Shown: positions 20,907-29,831 of the stretch, in pieces | How the letters are laid out: every line of letters begins with the position of its first letter | How positions within the stretch are numbered: the stretch's first letter is position 1 | Assembly: GCF_057098645.1 (NCBI RefSeq) | Contig: NZ_CM169472.1 | DNA length: 64,000 bases | Strand: one strand, 5' to 3' | Program-made: the position numbers and the translations under genes | Notes under the pieces: model-generated | Database searches by the model: none | Seen by the model: only the letters and a program-made list of their open reading frames with translations | What the model was told of the DNA's origin: nothing

Positions 20907-21107
20907 ATGAAAGCGTATTGGGACTCTTTAACCAAAGAACAGCAGGGCGAGTTGGCCGGAAAAGTTGGCTCAACACCAGGCTATTTACGGCTGGTTTTCA
21001 ATGGTTATAAAAAAGCCAGTTTTGTGCTGGCTAAAAAACTTGAGCAATGCACGTCAGGTGCAATTACGAAATCTGACTTAAGACCGGATATCTATCCGAA
21101 AGATTAA
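20907..21107 (+). CDS. cro: Cro/YdaS-like HTH regulator
   Basis: Small HTH ORF divergent from cI; GGAGG RBS before the ATG at 20907. Confidence 0.7.
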   Translation: MKAYWDSLTKEQQGELAGKVGSTPGYLRLVFNGYKKASFVLAKKLEQCTSGAITKSDLRPDIYPKD

Positions 21108-21138
21108 CAGAACACCTTCAATTTTTAACCACAGAACG

Positions 21139-21702
21139 ATGAGGCTAACCGTGGGTAAGCATCACTGGAAAGTAGAAAAACAGCCTGAGTGGTACGTGAA
21201 AGCTGTCAGAAAAACTATCGCGGCGTTGCCGGGGGGGTACGCTGAAGCTGCTGAGTGGCTAGATGTAACAGAGAACGCTTTATTCAACCGCCTTCGTGCA
21301 GATGGCGATCAGATTTTCCCGCTGGGATGGGCAATGATTTTACAGCGCGCGGCTGGCACTCACTACATTGCGGATGCTGTCGCACAGTCTGCTGGTGGGG
21401 TGTTTGTATCGCTTCCTGAAATTGAGGAAGTAGAGAACGCCGATATAAACCAGCGCCTGCTGGAAGTCATCGAACAGATCGGGAGTTACTCAAAGCAGAT
21501 TCGTTCGGCAATCGAAGATGGGGTAGTGGAGCCACACGAGCAGACAGCAATTAATGATGAGTTGTATCTGTCAATTTCGAAGCTCCAGGAGCATGCAGCA
21601 CTGGTCTACAAAATCTTTTGCGCTCCAGAAAAGAGTGACGCCCGCGAGTGTGCAGCTCCGGGCGTCGTGGCGTTTTGTGTCTGTGGAGAAACTAACGCAT
21701 GA
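21139..21702 (+). CDS. CII-like / YdaT-family phage regulatory protein
   Basis: 187-aa ORF directly after cro; assigned by position and general resemblance to prophage CII/CP76-type proteins. Confidence 0.45.
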   Translation: MRLTVGKHHWKVEKQPEWYVKAVRKTIAALPGGYAEAAEWLDVTENALFNRLRADGDQIFPLGWAMILQRAAGTHYIADAVAQSAGGVFVSLPEIEEVENADINQRLLEVIEQIGSYSKQIRSAIEDGVVEPHEQTAINDELYLSISKLQEHAALVYKIFCAPEKSDARECAAPGVVAFCVCGETNA

Positions 21703-22535
21703 ACAGTTTAACGGCAAATAACCGTTTGTCGCAACAGCTGGTGGTCAGCGTCGCTGAACACCTGTTGTTACGGCATGAATGCAGATTACCAAATCACCTG
21801 GCTGTAAGTAACCACAGAGAACTTTACCTGACTGTGGGGGGCGAGTTGTGCAGGAACTTAACCGCTGGTTTCGTGACGGAAGAGGGCTTTATGTCCATGT
21901 TATTCGTTGGGAGCCAGAAACACAGCGCGTTATCTATCTTCGCAAAGACTACCCGCATGAGTGCTTTAGTCCTTTGTGGAAATTCAGGCGTGATTTTGTT
22001 GAGTGTGAAGGACCACCAGCACATTGATTCTGCCATTCCGGGACGTTACACTGTTCAGGCACCTTATAAAGCGGGTGCCGGGATTGGCGTCCTGGAAATG
22101 TTATCGGCGATATATGACGCGCCAGCGTCTTTTTTATCGTCTGCGTCTGTGCACACCCAAATTATGGTGGGCTGGACGGGGGCACCGAAAGGTGCGCCGG
22201 TTTCCGATAACGCCGGTTACGCCAACCCCGTTCAGTTCACCACCAGCGAAATTGGCGTTTCCGGTGGTGAAGGTAATTCACTGTTATCGGAGGCTGCCAT
22301 CATGGCTACTGTCCCAGCCCTCACTCGTCTGAATGATGAAGACTTACATAAACTCAGTTATGTAACAACTGCACTACGTGCTCTGCGCAAGGTAACTCTT
22401 TCGGATCCGCAGGCGCATCAAGTTCTGGTAGAAACCCTTCTTAACTTGCAGGCTGAACGTATTCGTCTGGCGGATAAGGCTAATTTTCATATTCACCGTC
22501 TCCTGAATATCAGCGGAGGGCATCGTCATGCTTAA
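21699..22535 (+). CDS. Hypothetical phage protein (replication-module position)
   Basis: 278-aa ORF translationally coupled between the CII-like and O-like genes; no motif recognised. Confidence 0.5.
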   Translation: MNSLTANNRLSQQLVVSVAEHLLLRHECRLPNHLAVSNHRELYLTVGGELCRNLTAGFVTEEGFMSMLFVGSQKHSALSIFAKTTRMSALVLCGNSGVILLSVKDHQHIDSAIPGRYTVQAPYKAGAGIGVLEMLSAIYDAPASFLSSASVHTQIMVGWTGAPKGAPVSDNAGYANPVQFTTSEIGVSGGEGNSLLSEAAIMATVPALTRLNDEDLHKLSYVTTALRALRKVTLSDPQAHQVLVETLLNLQAERIRLADKANFHIHRLLNISGGHRHA

Positions 22536-22764
22536 TCCGTTGATCCTCAATATTTGCCGTTTGCTTCAGCGTAAAAAAACATCAATTCCTACAGTTGGGC
22601 AGTGGTACACCACACCTGCAGGGCATGTTCTACGTGTTAGCCTGGTTGACCGTGAATGCCAGAAGGTGATTTGTGAACCGCTGGGCCGTAATTACCGCGT
22701 CAGTATGCCGCTTATAGCCTTTCGCTCCGGAAAAAACATGAAGCATCTCGGAGGTGCAGCATGA
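22528..22764 (+). CDS. Hypothetical small phage protein
   Basis: 78-aa ORF with overlapping stop/start coupling to its neighbours. Confidence 0.4.
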   Translation: MLNPLILNICRLLQRKKTSIPTVGQWYTTPAGHVLRVSLVDRECQKVICEPLGRNYRVSMPLIAFRSGKNMKHLGGAA

Positions 22765-23579
22765 GTATGGAGCTGATGGTTAAAGCGATGAAAATTCGAG
22801 TGGGTAATCCATTGCGAAAACTGGTTCTGATCAAGCTGGCTGATAATGCCAGCGATCAGGGTGAGTGCTGGCCCAGCTACCAGCATATTGCTGACCAGTG
22901 CGAGATTAGCAAACGTTCTGTGATGAATCATATTGCGGCCCTTTGTGAGTCCGGGCTGGTAAAAAAAGTCACCCGGAAAGGTGAAAAAGGTAACTCAAGT
23001 AATATCTATCTCCTTCATCTGGATGGTGCAGGAGATTCACTAGGGGGTAGTGCAAATAATTCACTATCTGGTGCAGCAAATTCACCAGGTAGTGCAGGAG
23101 TTGCACCAGGGGGTAGTGCAGGAGATTCACCCAGAACCAGTCACTCTTTTGAACCAGTCAAAGAACCAGTCAATGAACCAATAGCTGTTGGTGCATCAGT
23201 TGATGAGTCCGTGCGAGTTCGTTCAAACCGACCGGAATATTCTCCGGAGTTTGAGCAGGCATGGCTGGCATATCCCAAACGTGCTGGTGGCAATTCAAAA
23301 TCTGCAGCCTTCAAAGCCTGGAAAGCCCGTTTGAATGAGGGGGTAAACCCCGAAACCATGCTGGAAGGTGTGAAACGCTATGCGGGCTGGGTATCTGCGA
23401 TGGGTAACAGCGGCACACAATTTGTGAAACAGGCTGTCACGTTCTTTGGTCCGGATCGTCATTTCGAAGAATCCTGGGAAGTTCCTGCGGTATCTGCAGC
23501 CAGACGTGAGGACCCGTACTTCAAATCCAGTTACGACAACGTGGACTACAGCCAGATCCCGGCAGGATTCAGGGGGTGA
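22761..23579 (+). CDS. Replication initiator (O-like N-terminal HTH) with a DnaT-like C-terminal domain
   Basis: N-terminal HTH (IADQCEISKRSVMNHIAALCESGLV); Gly/Ser-rich linker encoded by repeats; C-terminus ...DYSQIPAGFRG matches host DnaT ...[10 protein letters not shown]. Confidence 0.7.
   Translation: MSMELMVKAMKIRVGNPLRKLVLIKLADNASDQGECWPSYQHIADQCEISKRSVMNHIAALCESGLVKKVTRKGEKGNSSNIYLLHLDGAGDSLGGSANNSLSGAANSPGSAGVAPGGSAGDSPRTSHSFEPVKEPVNEPIAVGASVDESVRVRSNRPEYSPEFEQAWLAYPKRAGGNSKSAAFKAWKARLNEGVNPETMLEGVKRYAGWVSAMGNSGTQFVKQAVTFFGPDRHFEESWEVPAVSAARREDPYFKSSYDNVDYSQIPAGFRG
23034..23190. repeat. Iteron-like direct repeats inside the O-like gene (candidate ori)
   Basis: ggtgcaggagattcac at 23035 and 23126; five gtagtgca/ggtgcag units; three gaaccagtca units at 23145..23182. 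Confidence 0.5.
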
Positions 23580-23911
23580 TCATGAGTCTTTTGAATGACG
23601 TTCAGAAATTCATTGAAGCCCATCCGGGGTGTACTTCCGGAGACATTGCGGATGCTTTTGCAGGTTACTCACGGCAGCGCGTACTGCAGTCAGCAAGCAA
23701 GTTACGTCAGAGTGGGCGTGTGGCTCACCGTTGTGAAGGGGATACACGCAGACATTTCCCGCGCCTGACTGAGAGAGCGCAGGAGCCGGAACCACAACCA
23801 GTTCGTGAAACCAGACCTGTGCGCAATTTCTATGTCGGCACTAACGATTCCCGGGTGATTTTGTGCCTGACTCGCCAGGCGGAAAAACTGGTCAGGGAGA
23901 TGGCGGCATGA
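23576..23911 (+). CDS. Hypothetical phage protein
   Basis: 111-aa ORF coupled between the replication gene and the LexA-like gene. Confidence 0.4.
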   Translation: MIMSLLNDVQKFIEAHPGCTSGDIADAFAGYSRQRVLQSASKLRQSGRVAHRCEGDTRRHFPRLTERAQEPEPQPVRETRPVRNFYVGTNDSRVILCLTRQAEKLVREMAA

Positions 23912-24234
23912 CGACGTTAACTCAATGCCAGCAGCAGGTGCTGGATATGCTGATTTCTTACCAGAAAGAACGTGGCTTCCCGCCAACCAATCAGGAGGTG
24001 GCAACCATGCTGGGATACCGTTCAGTGAATGCAGCGGTGGAGCATCTTCGCGCACTGGAGAAAAAAGGCGTCATCACGATAAAGCGTGGCGTGGCCCGGG
24101 GGATCACGCTTCATACCGCAGTGAAGGACGACGACAGCGAAGCGGTCGGTATCATCCGCGCACTGCTTGCCGGTGAGGAGAACGCCAGGCTGCGTGCAGC
24201 CCACTGGTTACATGAGAGGGGCCTGAAAGTATGA
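23908..24234 (+). CDS. LexA N-terminal DNA-binding-domain-only protein (no S24 peptidase domain)
   Basis: MTTLTQCQQQVLDMLISYQKERGFPPTNQEVATMLGYRSVNAAVEHLRALEKKGVITIKRGVARGITL closely parallels the LexA N-domain; the protein ends after ~108 aa. Confidence 0.7.
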   Translation: MTTLTQCQQQVLDMLISYQKERGFPPTNQEVATMLGYRSVNAAVEHLRALEKKGVITIKRGVARGITLHTAVKDDDSEAVGIIRALLAGEENARLRAAHWLHERGLKV

Positions 24235-24620
24235 AGTTGATCCTGCCTTTCCCGCCCAGTGTGAACACGTACTGGCGACACCCCAACAAAGGGGCATTTG
24301 CTGGTAAGAGCCTGATAAGCGAGGCGGGGCGAAAATTTCAGAGCGCGGCGTGCGCAGCAATAGTTGAGCAGTTACGTCGTCTGCCGAAACCAACGTCGGC
24401 ACCTGCTTCAGTGGAGATCGTGTTGTTTCCTCCGGATAACCGGATCCGCGATCTGGACAACTATAACAAGGCGCTGTTTGACGCCCTGACCCACGCGGGT
24501 GTGTGGGAAGACGACAGACAGGTGAAAAGAATGCTGGTGGAGTGGGGACCGGTTATCCCGAAAGGGAAGGTCGAGATCACTATCAGTAAGTATGAGAAAC
24601 CGGCGGGTGCAGCCGCCTGA
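24231..24620 (+). CDS. rusA: Holliday junction resolvase RusA
   Basis: MKLILPFPPSVNTYWRH... canonical RusA N-terminus. Confidence 0.9.
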   Translation: MKLILPFPPSVNTYWRHPNKGAFAGKSLISEAGRKFQSAACAAIVEQLRRLPKPTSAPASVEIVLFPPDNRIRDLDNYNKALFDALTHAGVWEDDRQVKRMLVEWGPVIPKGKVEITISKYEKPAGAAA

Positions 24621-24639
24621 TTAAGAGGAGAAACGAAGT

Positions 24640-25449
24640 ATGAATAATCTGATGGTCATTGATGGTATTGAAGTTCGTCGTGATGCTTATGGGCGTTACA
24701 GCCTGAACGATCTGCATCGCGCAGCAGTAGCATCTGGTGCAAATGCCAGAACCAAGGAGCCAGGAAAGTTTCTTTCCAGCCAACAAACTGTTGAGCTTGT
24801 TCATGAATTGACCAACACCCAGAATTTGGGTGTTGACCCGGTGAGTGTGATTCATGGGGGAAATGAACGGGGAACGTATGTCTGCAAGGAACTGGTGTAT
24901 GCCTATGCAATGTGGATCAGCCCTTCATTCCATCTGAAGGTGATCCGTACTTTCGATATGGTAACCAGCGCACCGGAAAAATTATCCGGGCAGGCTGCTG
25001 ACAAGATGCAGGCTGGTGTGATTCTGCTGGACTTTATGCGTCGGGAATTAAACCTGTCTAACTCATCTGTGCTTGGTGCCTGTCAGAAACTCCAGGAGGC
25101 TGTTGGCTTACCGAATCTGGCACCGCGCTATGCCATTGATGCTCCAGCTGATGCACACGATGGCTCAAGTCGCCCGACACTGTCACTGAGTGCACTGCTG
25201 AAACAGTATGGTATCCGCCTGACGGCTAATCAGGCATATCATCAGATGGTGAAGCTGGGGATCGTCGAGCAGCGCGAACGATACAGCCGTACCGCGATTA
25301 ACAACATCAAAAAATTCTGGTCGCTGACAGCGAAAGGCTGCATGTTCGGCAAGAACATCACCAGTCCCGCAAATCCGCGCGAGACGCAGCCGCATTTCTT
25401 CGAATCCCGATTCCCTGAGCTGTTAAAGCTGCTCGATACCGTTCATTGA
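24640..25449 (+). CDS. KilA-N domain protein (antirepressor-like)
   Basis: N-terminal KilA-N-like segment (IEVRRDAYGRYSLNDLHRA). Confidence 0.65.
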   Translation: MNNLMVIDGIEVRRDAYGRYSLNDLHRAAVASGANARTKEPGKFLSSQQTVELVHELTNTQNLGVDPVSVIHGGNERGTYVCKELVYAYAMWISPSFHLKVIRTFDMVTSAPEKLSGQAADKMQAGVILLDFMRRELNLSNSSVLGACQKLQEAVGLPNLAPRYAIDAPADAHDGSSRPTLSLSALLKQYGIRLTANQAYHQMVKLGIVEQRERYSRTAINNIKKFWSLTAKGCMFGKNITSPANPRETQPHFFESRFPELLKLLDTVH

Positions 25450-25450
25450 G

Positions 25451-26446
25451 GTGACCGTGAGAGCACTACTGACCCCTGAAATTGCCCCGCGTATGGGGAT
25501 CGTATTGTTCAGGCCAGGTTCAGAGCTGATGCCCCTGTTTATGCAGGGGCGTGTCCTGCTGGAGCCTGAGCCGGAACGTTATTCATCTTTCGCTAGTGGT
25601 GCCGTTCCGGCGGCATCACAACCGCTGGCGGATGATCCTGCCGTTCGGGCCGTGTTCCGCAATGAGGCAGTGATCCGTCGTGCTGGTGGCGTGGAATGTC
25701 TTGAAAGCTGGTTACTTCGTGAAAAAGGCTGCCAGTGGCCTCATTCCGACTGGCACAGCGAGAACATGACCACAATGCGACACGCTCCGGGTGCAATCCG
25801 TCTGTGCTGGCACTGCGATAACCAGCTGCGCGATCAGTTCACGGAACGGCTGGAATCAATGGCAACGGATAACTGTGCCCGCTGGGTGTTGTCTGTTGTG
25901 CGTCGGGATCTCGGTTTTGATGACAGTCACGTTGTGACAATGCCGGAACTGTGCTGGTGGCTGATTCGTAATGACCTGGCGGATGCCTTACCGGAAAGTG
26001 CAGCCCGTAAGGCACTGAGATTACCGAAGCCTGTTGTGCCGTCTGTCACCCGGGAAAGTGACCTTGTGCCTTCGGTTCCTGCCACCAGCATCATCCAGGA
26101 TAAAGCGAAAAAGGTGCTGGCGCTGAAAGTGGATCCGGAGTCGCCGGAGTCTTTTATGTTACGCCCCAAACGTCGCCGCTGGGTTAATGAAAAGTACACG
26201 CGCTGGGTTAAGACGCAGCCGTGCGCATGTTGTGGAAAGCCAGCTGATGATCCCCACCACCTGATAGGCCACGGTCAGGGTGGAATGGGTACAAAAGCGC
26301 ATGATCTCTTTGTGTTGCCTTTGTGCAGAAAGCATCACGACGAGCTGCATGCGGATACCGTGACATTTGAAGAGAAGTATGGCTCCCAGCTGGAGCTGAT
26401 ATTTCGTTTTATCGATCGTGCGCTGGCAATAGGCGTACTGGCGTAA
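25451..26446 (+). CDS. DUF968-family phage protein (YdfU-like; Cys/His cluster, possible HNH-like nuclease)
   Basis: C-terminal CACCGKPADDPHHL ... LCRKHHDELH cluster; sits before Q as in Qin-type prophages. Confidence 0.6.
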   Translation: MTVRALLTPEIAPRMGIVLFRPGSELMPLFMQGRVLLEPEPERYSSFASGAVPAASQPLADDPAVRAVFRNEAVIRRAGGVECLESWLLREKGCQWPHSDWHSENMTTMRHAPGAIRLCWHCDNQLRDQFTERLESMATDNCARWVLSVVRRDLGFDDSHVVTMPELCWWLIRNDLADALPESAARKALRLPKPVVPSVTRESDLVPSVPATSIIQDKAKKVLALKVDPESPESFMLRPKRRRWVNEKYTRWVKTQPCACCGKPADDPHHLIGHGQGGMGTKAHDLFVLPLCRKHHDELHADTVTFEEKYGSQLELIFRFIDRALAIGVLA

Positions 26447-26459
26447 GTGGAGAACGAGC

Positions 26460-27212
26460 ATGAACCTTGAAGCCTTACCAAAATATTACTCCCCAAAATC
26501 TCCAAAACTGAGTGATGACGCACCGGCGACAGGCTCTGGTGGTTTAACAATTACGGATGTAATGGCTGCGCAGGGGATGGTGCAGTCGAAAGCACCGCTT
26601 GGGTTTGCCTTATTCCTGGCAAAAGTTGGCGTTCAGGATCCTCAGTTTGCGATTGAAGGTCTGCTCAATTACGCGATGGCACTGGATAACCCGACATTGA
26701 ACAAATTGAGTGAAGAAATCCGGTTACAGATCATCCCTTACCTTGTGAATTTTGCCTTTGCTGATTATTCCAGGTCTGCGGCAAGTAAGGCTCGCTGTGA
26801 GCATTGTGATGGTACTGGATTTCATAATGTATTGCGCGAGGTGGTGAAACACTCCAGAAGCGGGGAATCTGTTATCAAGGAAGAGTGGGTGAAGGAACTA
26901 TGTCAGCATTGTCATGGTAAGGGAGAAGTCAGCACAGCGTGCAGAGGGTGTAAGGGTAAAGGTATTGTCCTGGATGAAAAAAGAACCCGGCTTCATGGTA
27001 CGCCTGTTTATAAGATTTGTGGGCGTTGCAATGGTAACCGGTTTAGCCGTTTACCAACCACACTGGCGCGGCATCATGTCCAGAAGCTGGTACCTGCCCT
27101 GACGGATTATCAGTGGTACAAAGGATATGCAGATATCATTGATAAACTGGTTACAAAGTGCTGGCAGGAAGAAGCATATGCAGAGACACAATTGAGAAAA
27201 GTGACAAGATAA
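26460..27212 (+). CDS. Late-gene antiterminator Q (Qin QuuQ/YdfT-like, 250 aa, four CxxCxGxG zinc-finger repeats)
   Basis: CEHCDGTG, CQHCHGKG, CRGCKGKG, CGRCNGNR repeats; immediately upstream of a promoter-terminator pair and the lysis genes. Confidence 0.75.
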   Translation: MNLEALPKYYSPKSPKLSDDAPATGSGGLTITDVMAAQGMVQSKAPLGFALFLAKVGVQDPQFAIEGLLNYAMALDNPTLNKLSEEIRLQIIPYLVNFAFADYSRSAASKARCEHCDGTGFHNVLREVVKHSRSGESVIKEEWVKELCQHCHGKGEVSTACRGCKGKGIVLDEKRTRLHGTPVYKICGRCNGNRFSRLPTTLARHHVQKLVPALTDYQWYKGYADIIDKLVTKCWQEEAYAETQLRKVTR

Positions 27213-27249
27213 ATGATTTTCGCCGAAGATGGCGACATGATGCTTGCGT

Positions 27250-27290
27250 TTTTCAAAAAATATGGATAAGATTTTCCCAACGATGGGCTT
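27250..27290 (+). promoter_or_regulatory. Candidate late promoter PR' / Q-utilisation region
   Basis: TTGCGT-17 nt-TAAGAT about 40 nt upstream of the tR' hairpin; position typical for PR'. Confidence 0.35.
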
Positions 27291-27320
27291 TGTATGTCTA
27301 CCGTTGATAAGATTTAAGAA

Positions 27321-27345
27321 CCCGCCGCTGAGCGGGTTTTTTTGT
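27321..27345 (+). terminator. tR'-like intrinsic terminator downstream of Q
   Basis: aacccgccgctgagcgggttttttt hairpin plus T-tract. Confidence 0.75.
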
Positions 27346-27492
27346 GCCTGATGTCTCATGAAACTATGAAATGGATTGGTGCGTTAAACATTTTTTCTTA
27401 TTATCTTTTAGATTTTGGAGAGATGGGTAACGTCTGTATTCCAGAAACTCGATGAATATTTAATAAATTAGTTTCAATGATGCTTCTAGGTT

Positions 27493-27918
27493 ATGAGTGT
27501 AATGAAAAAGGTATTAATAGCAGCGATAGGTTTTTGTTTAGTTGGTTGTGCAGGTATGAAATTACCTGAGTATTCGCAAGTTAAAGCAAGTCCGTATTAT
27601 ACAGATTGCCGTGCGTTTGCCATGGATGTTTATAAAAATGATGGATACAGCAAAATTGCGAAAACCACTATCCTTAGCATGGATGATGTGAAGGCTAGAT
27701 ATATTGTTACAGGGTGTGTAGTTGCTATGGGGAAAAACACTGTAGAGGAAATTAAAGCTGATCTCTCTGCTAAAGGGAGTTCTTTTGGGCTTATCAGTGG
27801 TGCTTGTTCTAGTGCTGCATGTCGGGTTGATGTAGAGCAGCAAATGAACGCTTATATACTTGGTAGTTATTATGCTACAAATAAAAAATTCCCGGATAAA
27901 ATGAAAGCAGAGTTTTAA
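27493..27918 (+). CDS. Lipoprotein moron (signal peptide with lipobox LVGC, Cys-rich mature part)
   Basis: MKKVLIAAIGFCLVGCAG... (alternative start at 27502); AT-rich; bracketed by near-identical terminators. Confidence 0.65.
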   Translation: MSVMKKVLIAAIGFCLVGCAGMKLPEYSQVKASPYYTDCRAFAMDVYKNDGYSKIAKTTILSMDDVKARYIVTGCVVAMGKNTVEEIKADLSAKGSSFGLISGACSSAACRVDVEQQMNAYILGSYYATNKKFPDKMKAEF

Positions 27919-27996
27919 GCAAACCTTGTTTTCGATTATATGCCGAAGATAAATGTTAGTAACGGCATAATAAGTAAATATATAGCTGTGATAGCA

Positions 27997-28020
27997 ACCC
28001 GCCACTGAGCGGGTTTTTTG
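27997..28020 (+). terminator. Second copy of the tR'-like terminator after the lipoprotein gene
   Basis: aacccgccactgagcgggtttttt, nearly identical to 27321..27345. Confidence 0.7.
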
Positions 28021-28117
28021 TACCTGTAAACTTGGTGCAGTACAGTAAACACGCTGGTGGTCGTGAATACTGACTTTTTATCTTGCTGGCTTTTTAGACA
28101 AGAGTTATTGGTATGTC

Positions 28118-28345
28118 ATGTTAACCAGAAGGGAAAAAGACATGCTAAAACAGCAAGATATGACAGAAACCGCCGCCGCAGTCCTTCATTTCTTACCTGC
28201 TGACAAGTGGGTAACGCCACGCATGATGACGAGAACTACCGGAGTAAGCGAAGCCCAGTGCCAGTTAATACTGACTCAGTTAGTTCTGGCGGGTCTGGCG
28301 AAGGATAACGGCGGGTACGGGAATAAATTCAGACGCTGCCAGTAA
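28118..28345 (+). CDS. Hypothetical small phage protein
   Basis: 75-aa ORF between the moron and the methyltransferase. Confidence 0.4.
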   Translation: MLTRREKDMLKQQDMTETAAAVLHFLPADKWVTPRMMTRTTGVSEAQCQLILTQLVLAGLAKDNGGYGNKFRRCQ

Positions 28346-28495
28346 TGGCGGTTTCCTGCTGTGAAAATGGGCGGCTGGTGGGTGTTGGTAGCACCTGCCA
28401 GCCATTCGCTCATGCTTACTGGTCACAAGCGAACCACGGCCCACTGCTTTAGCGCAAAAGCAGAGTGAGCCTACCAGAGTTACGCTTACTGATCC

Positions 28496-29548
28496 ATGAA
28501 AAATACTGTAAAAATAAACAGTGTTGATTTAATCAACGCTGATTGCCTGCATTTTATTCAGTCCCTGCCTGATAACTCCATTGATCTGATTGTTACCGAT
28601 CCGCCGTACTTCAAAGTGAAGCCCAACGGCTGGGACAATCAGTGGAAAGGGGACGAAGATTACCTGAAGTGGCTGGACCACTGTCTGGCCCAGTTCTGGC
28701 GGGTACTGAAACCAGCCGGAAGCCTTTACCTGTTCTGTGGGCATCGCCTGGCATCTGATATTGAGATCATGATGCGTGAACGTTTCAACGTGCTTAACCA
28801 TATCATCTGGGCGAAGCCGTCCGGACGTTGGAATGGGTGTAATAAAGAAAGTCTGCGCGCATATTTTCCTGCCACAGAGCGCGTTCTGTTTGCTGAACAT
28901 TACCAGGGGCCATATCGCGGCAAAAGTGACGGCTATGCGGCAAAAGAAAGGGAACTCAAACAGCACATAATGGCACCGCTGATATCGTATTTCAGGGATG
29001 CTCGTGCCGAACTGGGTATAACGGCAAAACAAATTGCTGAAGCCACAGGTAAGAAAAATATGGTTTCCCACTGGTTTGGTGCCAGTCAGTGGCAGTTGCC
29101 GAATGAGGCTGACTATCGGAAGTTACAGGCACTGTTTTCCCGTATAGCGGCAGAGAAGTTTCAGGAACAACAACTGGAACAACCACACCACCAGCTGGTG
29201 GCATCTTATGATTCACTGAATCGCAAATATTCTGAATTGCTGGATGAGTTTAAATCTCTCCGGCGCTATTTCTCCGTATCAGTCTCCGTGCCTTATACCG
29301 ATGTCTGGATGCATAAACCCGTTCAGTTCTACCCGGGTAAACATCCGTGTGAGAAACCGGCGGATATGCTCAGGCAAATAATCAATGCCAGTAGTCGACC
29401 TGGTGATCTGGTTGCTGATTTTTTTATGGGATCCGGTTCCACAATAAAAGCAGCAATGGCGCTGGGGCGTCGGGCCTTAGGTGTTGAGCTTGAGTCAGAG
29501 CGGTTTAACCAGACAGTGAAAGAGATAAACGAGCTGGTGGGGAAATAA
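28496..29548 (+). CDS. Orphan DNA methyltransferase (N6-adenine/N4-cytosine class, DPPY motif)
   Basis: LIVTDPPYF catalytic motif and a C-terminal SAM-binding region ([13 protein letters not shown]); no adjacent restriction gene. Confidence 0.8.
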
Positions 29549-29554
29549 TCTGGT

Positions 29555-29577
29555 GGCCACGTCAGGTGGCCTTTTTA
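29555..29577 (+). terminator. Hairpin plus T-tract after the methyltransferase gene
   Basis: ggccacgtcaggtggcc followed by ttttta. Confidence 0.5.
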
Positions 29578-29615
29578 TTTCCATTACACAGCACCCGCAT
29601 CTGCGAGGTGGGGTT

Positions 29616-29831
29616 ATGAAATCCATGGATAAGTTAACAACGGGTGTCGCCTATGGCACCTCAGCAGGTAGTGCCGGTTACTGGTTTTTACAGCTGCTCG
29701 ATAAAGTCACGCCCTCACAGTGGGCAGCAATAGGTGTGCTGGGTAGCCTGGTATTTGGCCTGCTGACGTACCTGACAAACCTTTATTTCAAGATTAAAGA
29801 AGATAAGCGCAAGGCTGCGAGAGGTGAATAA
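29616..29831 (+). CDS. Pinholin, phage 21 S21-like, with dual start (MKSMDK... / MDK...)
   Basis: [71 protein letters not shown] closely matches remembered S21. Confidence 0.85.
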
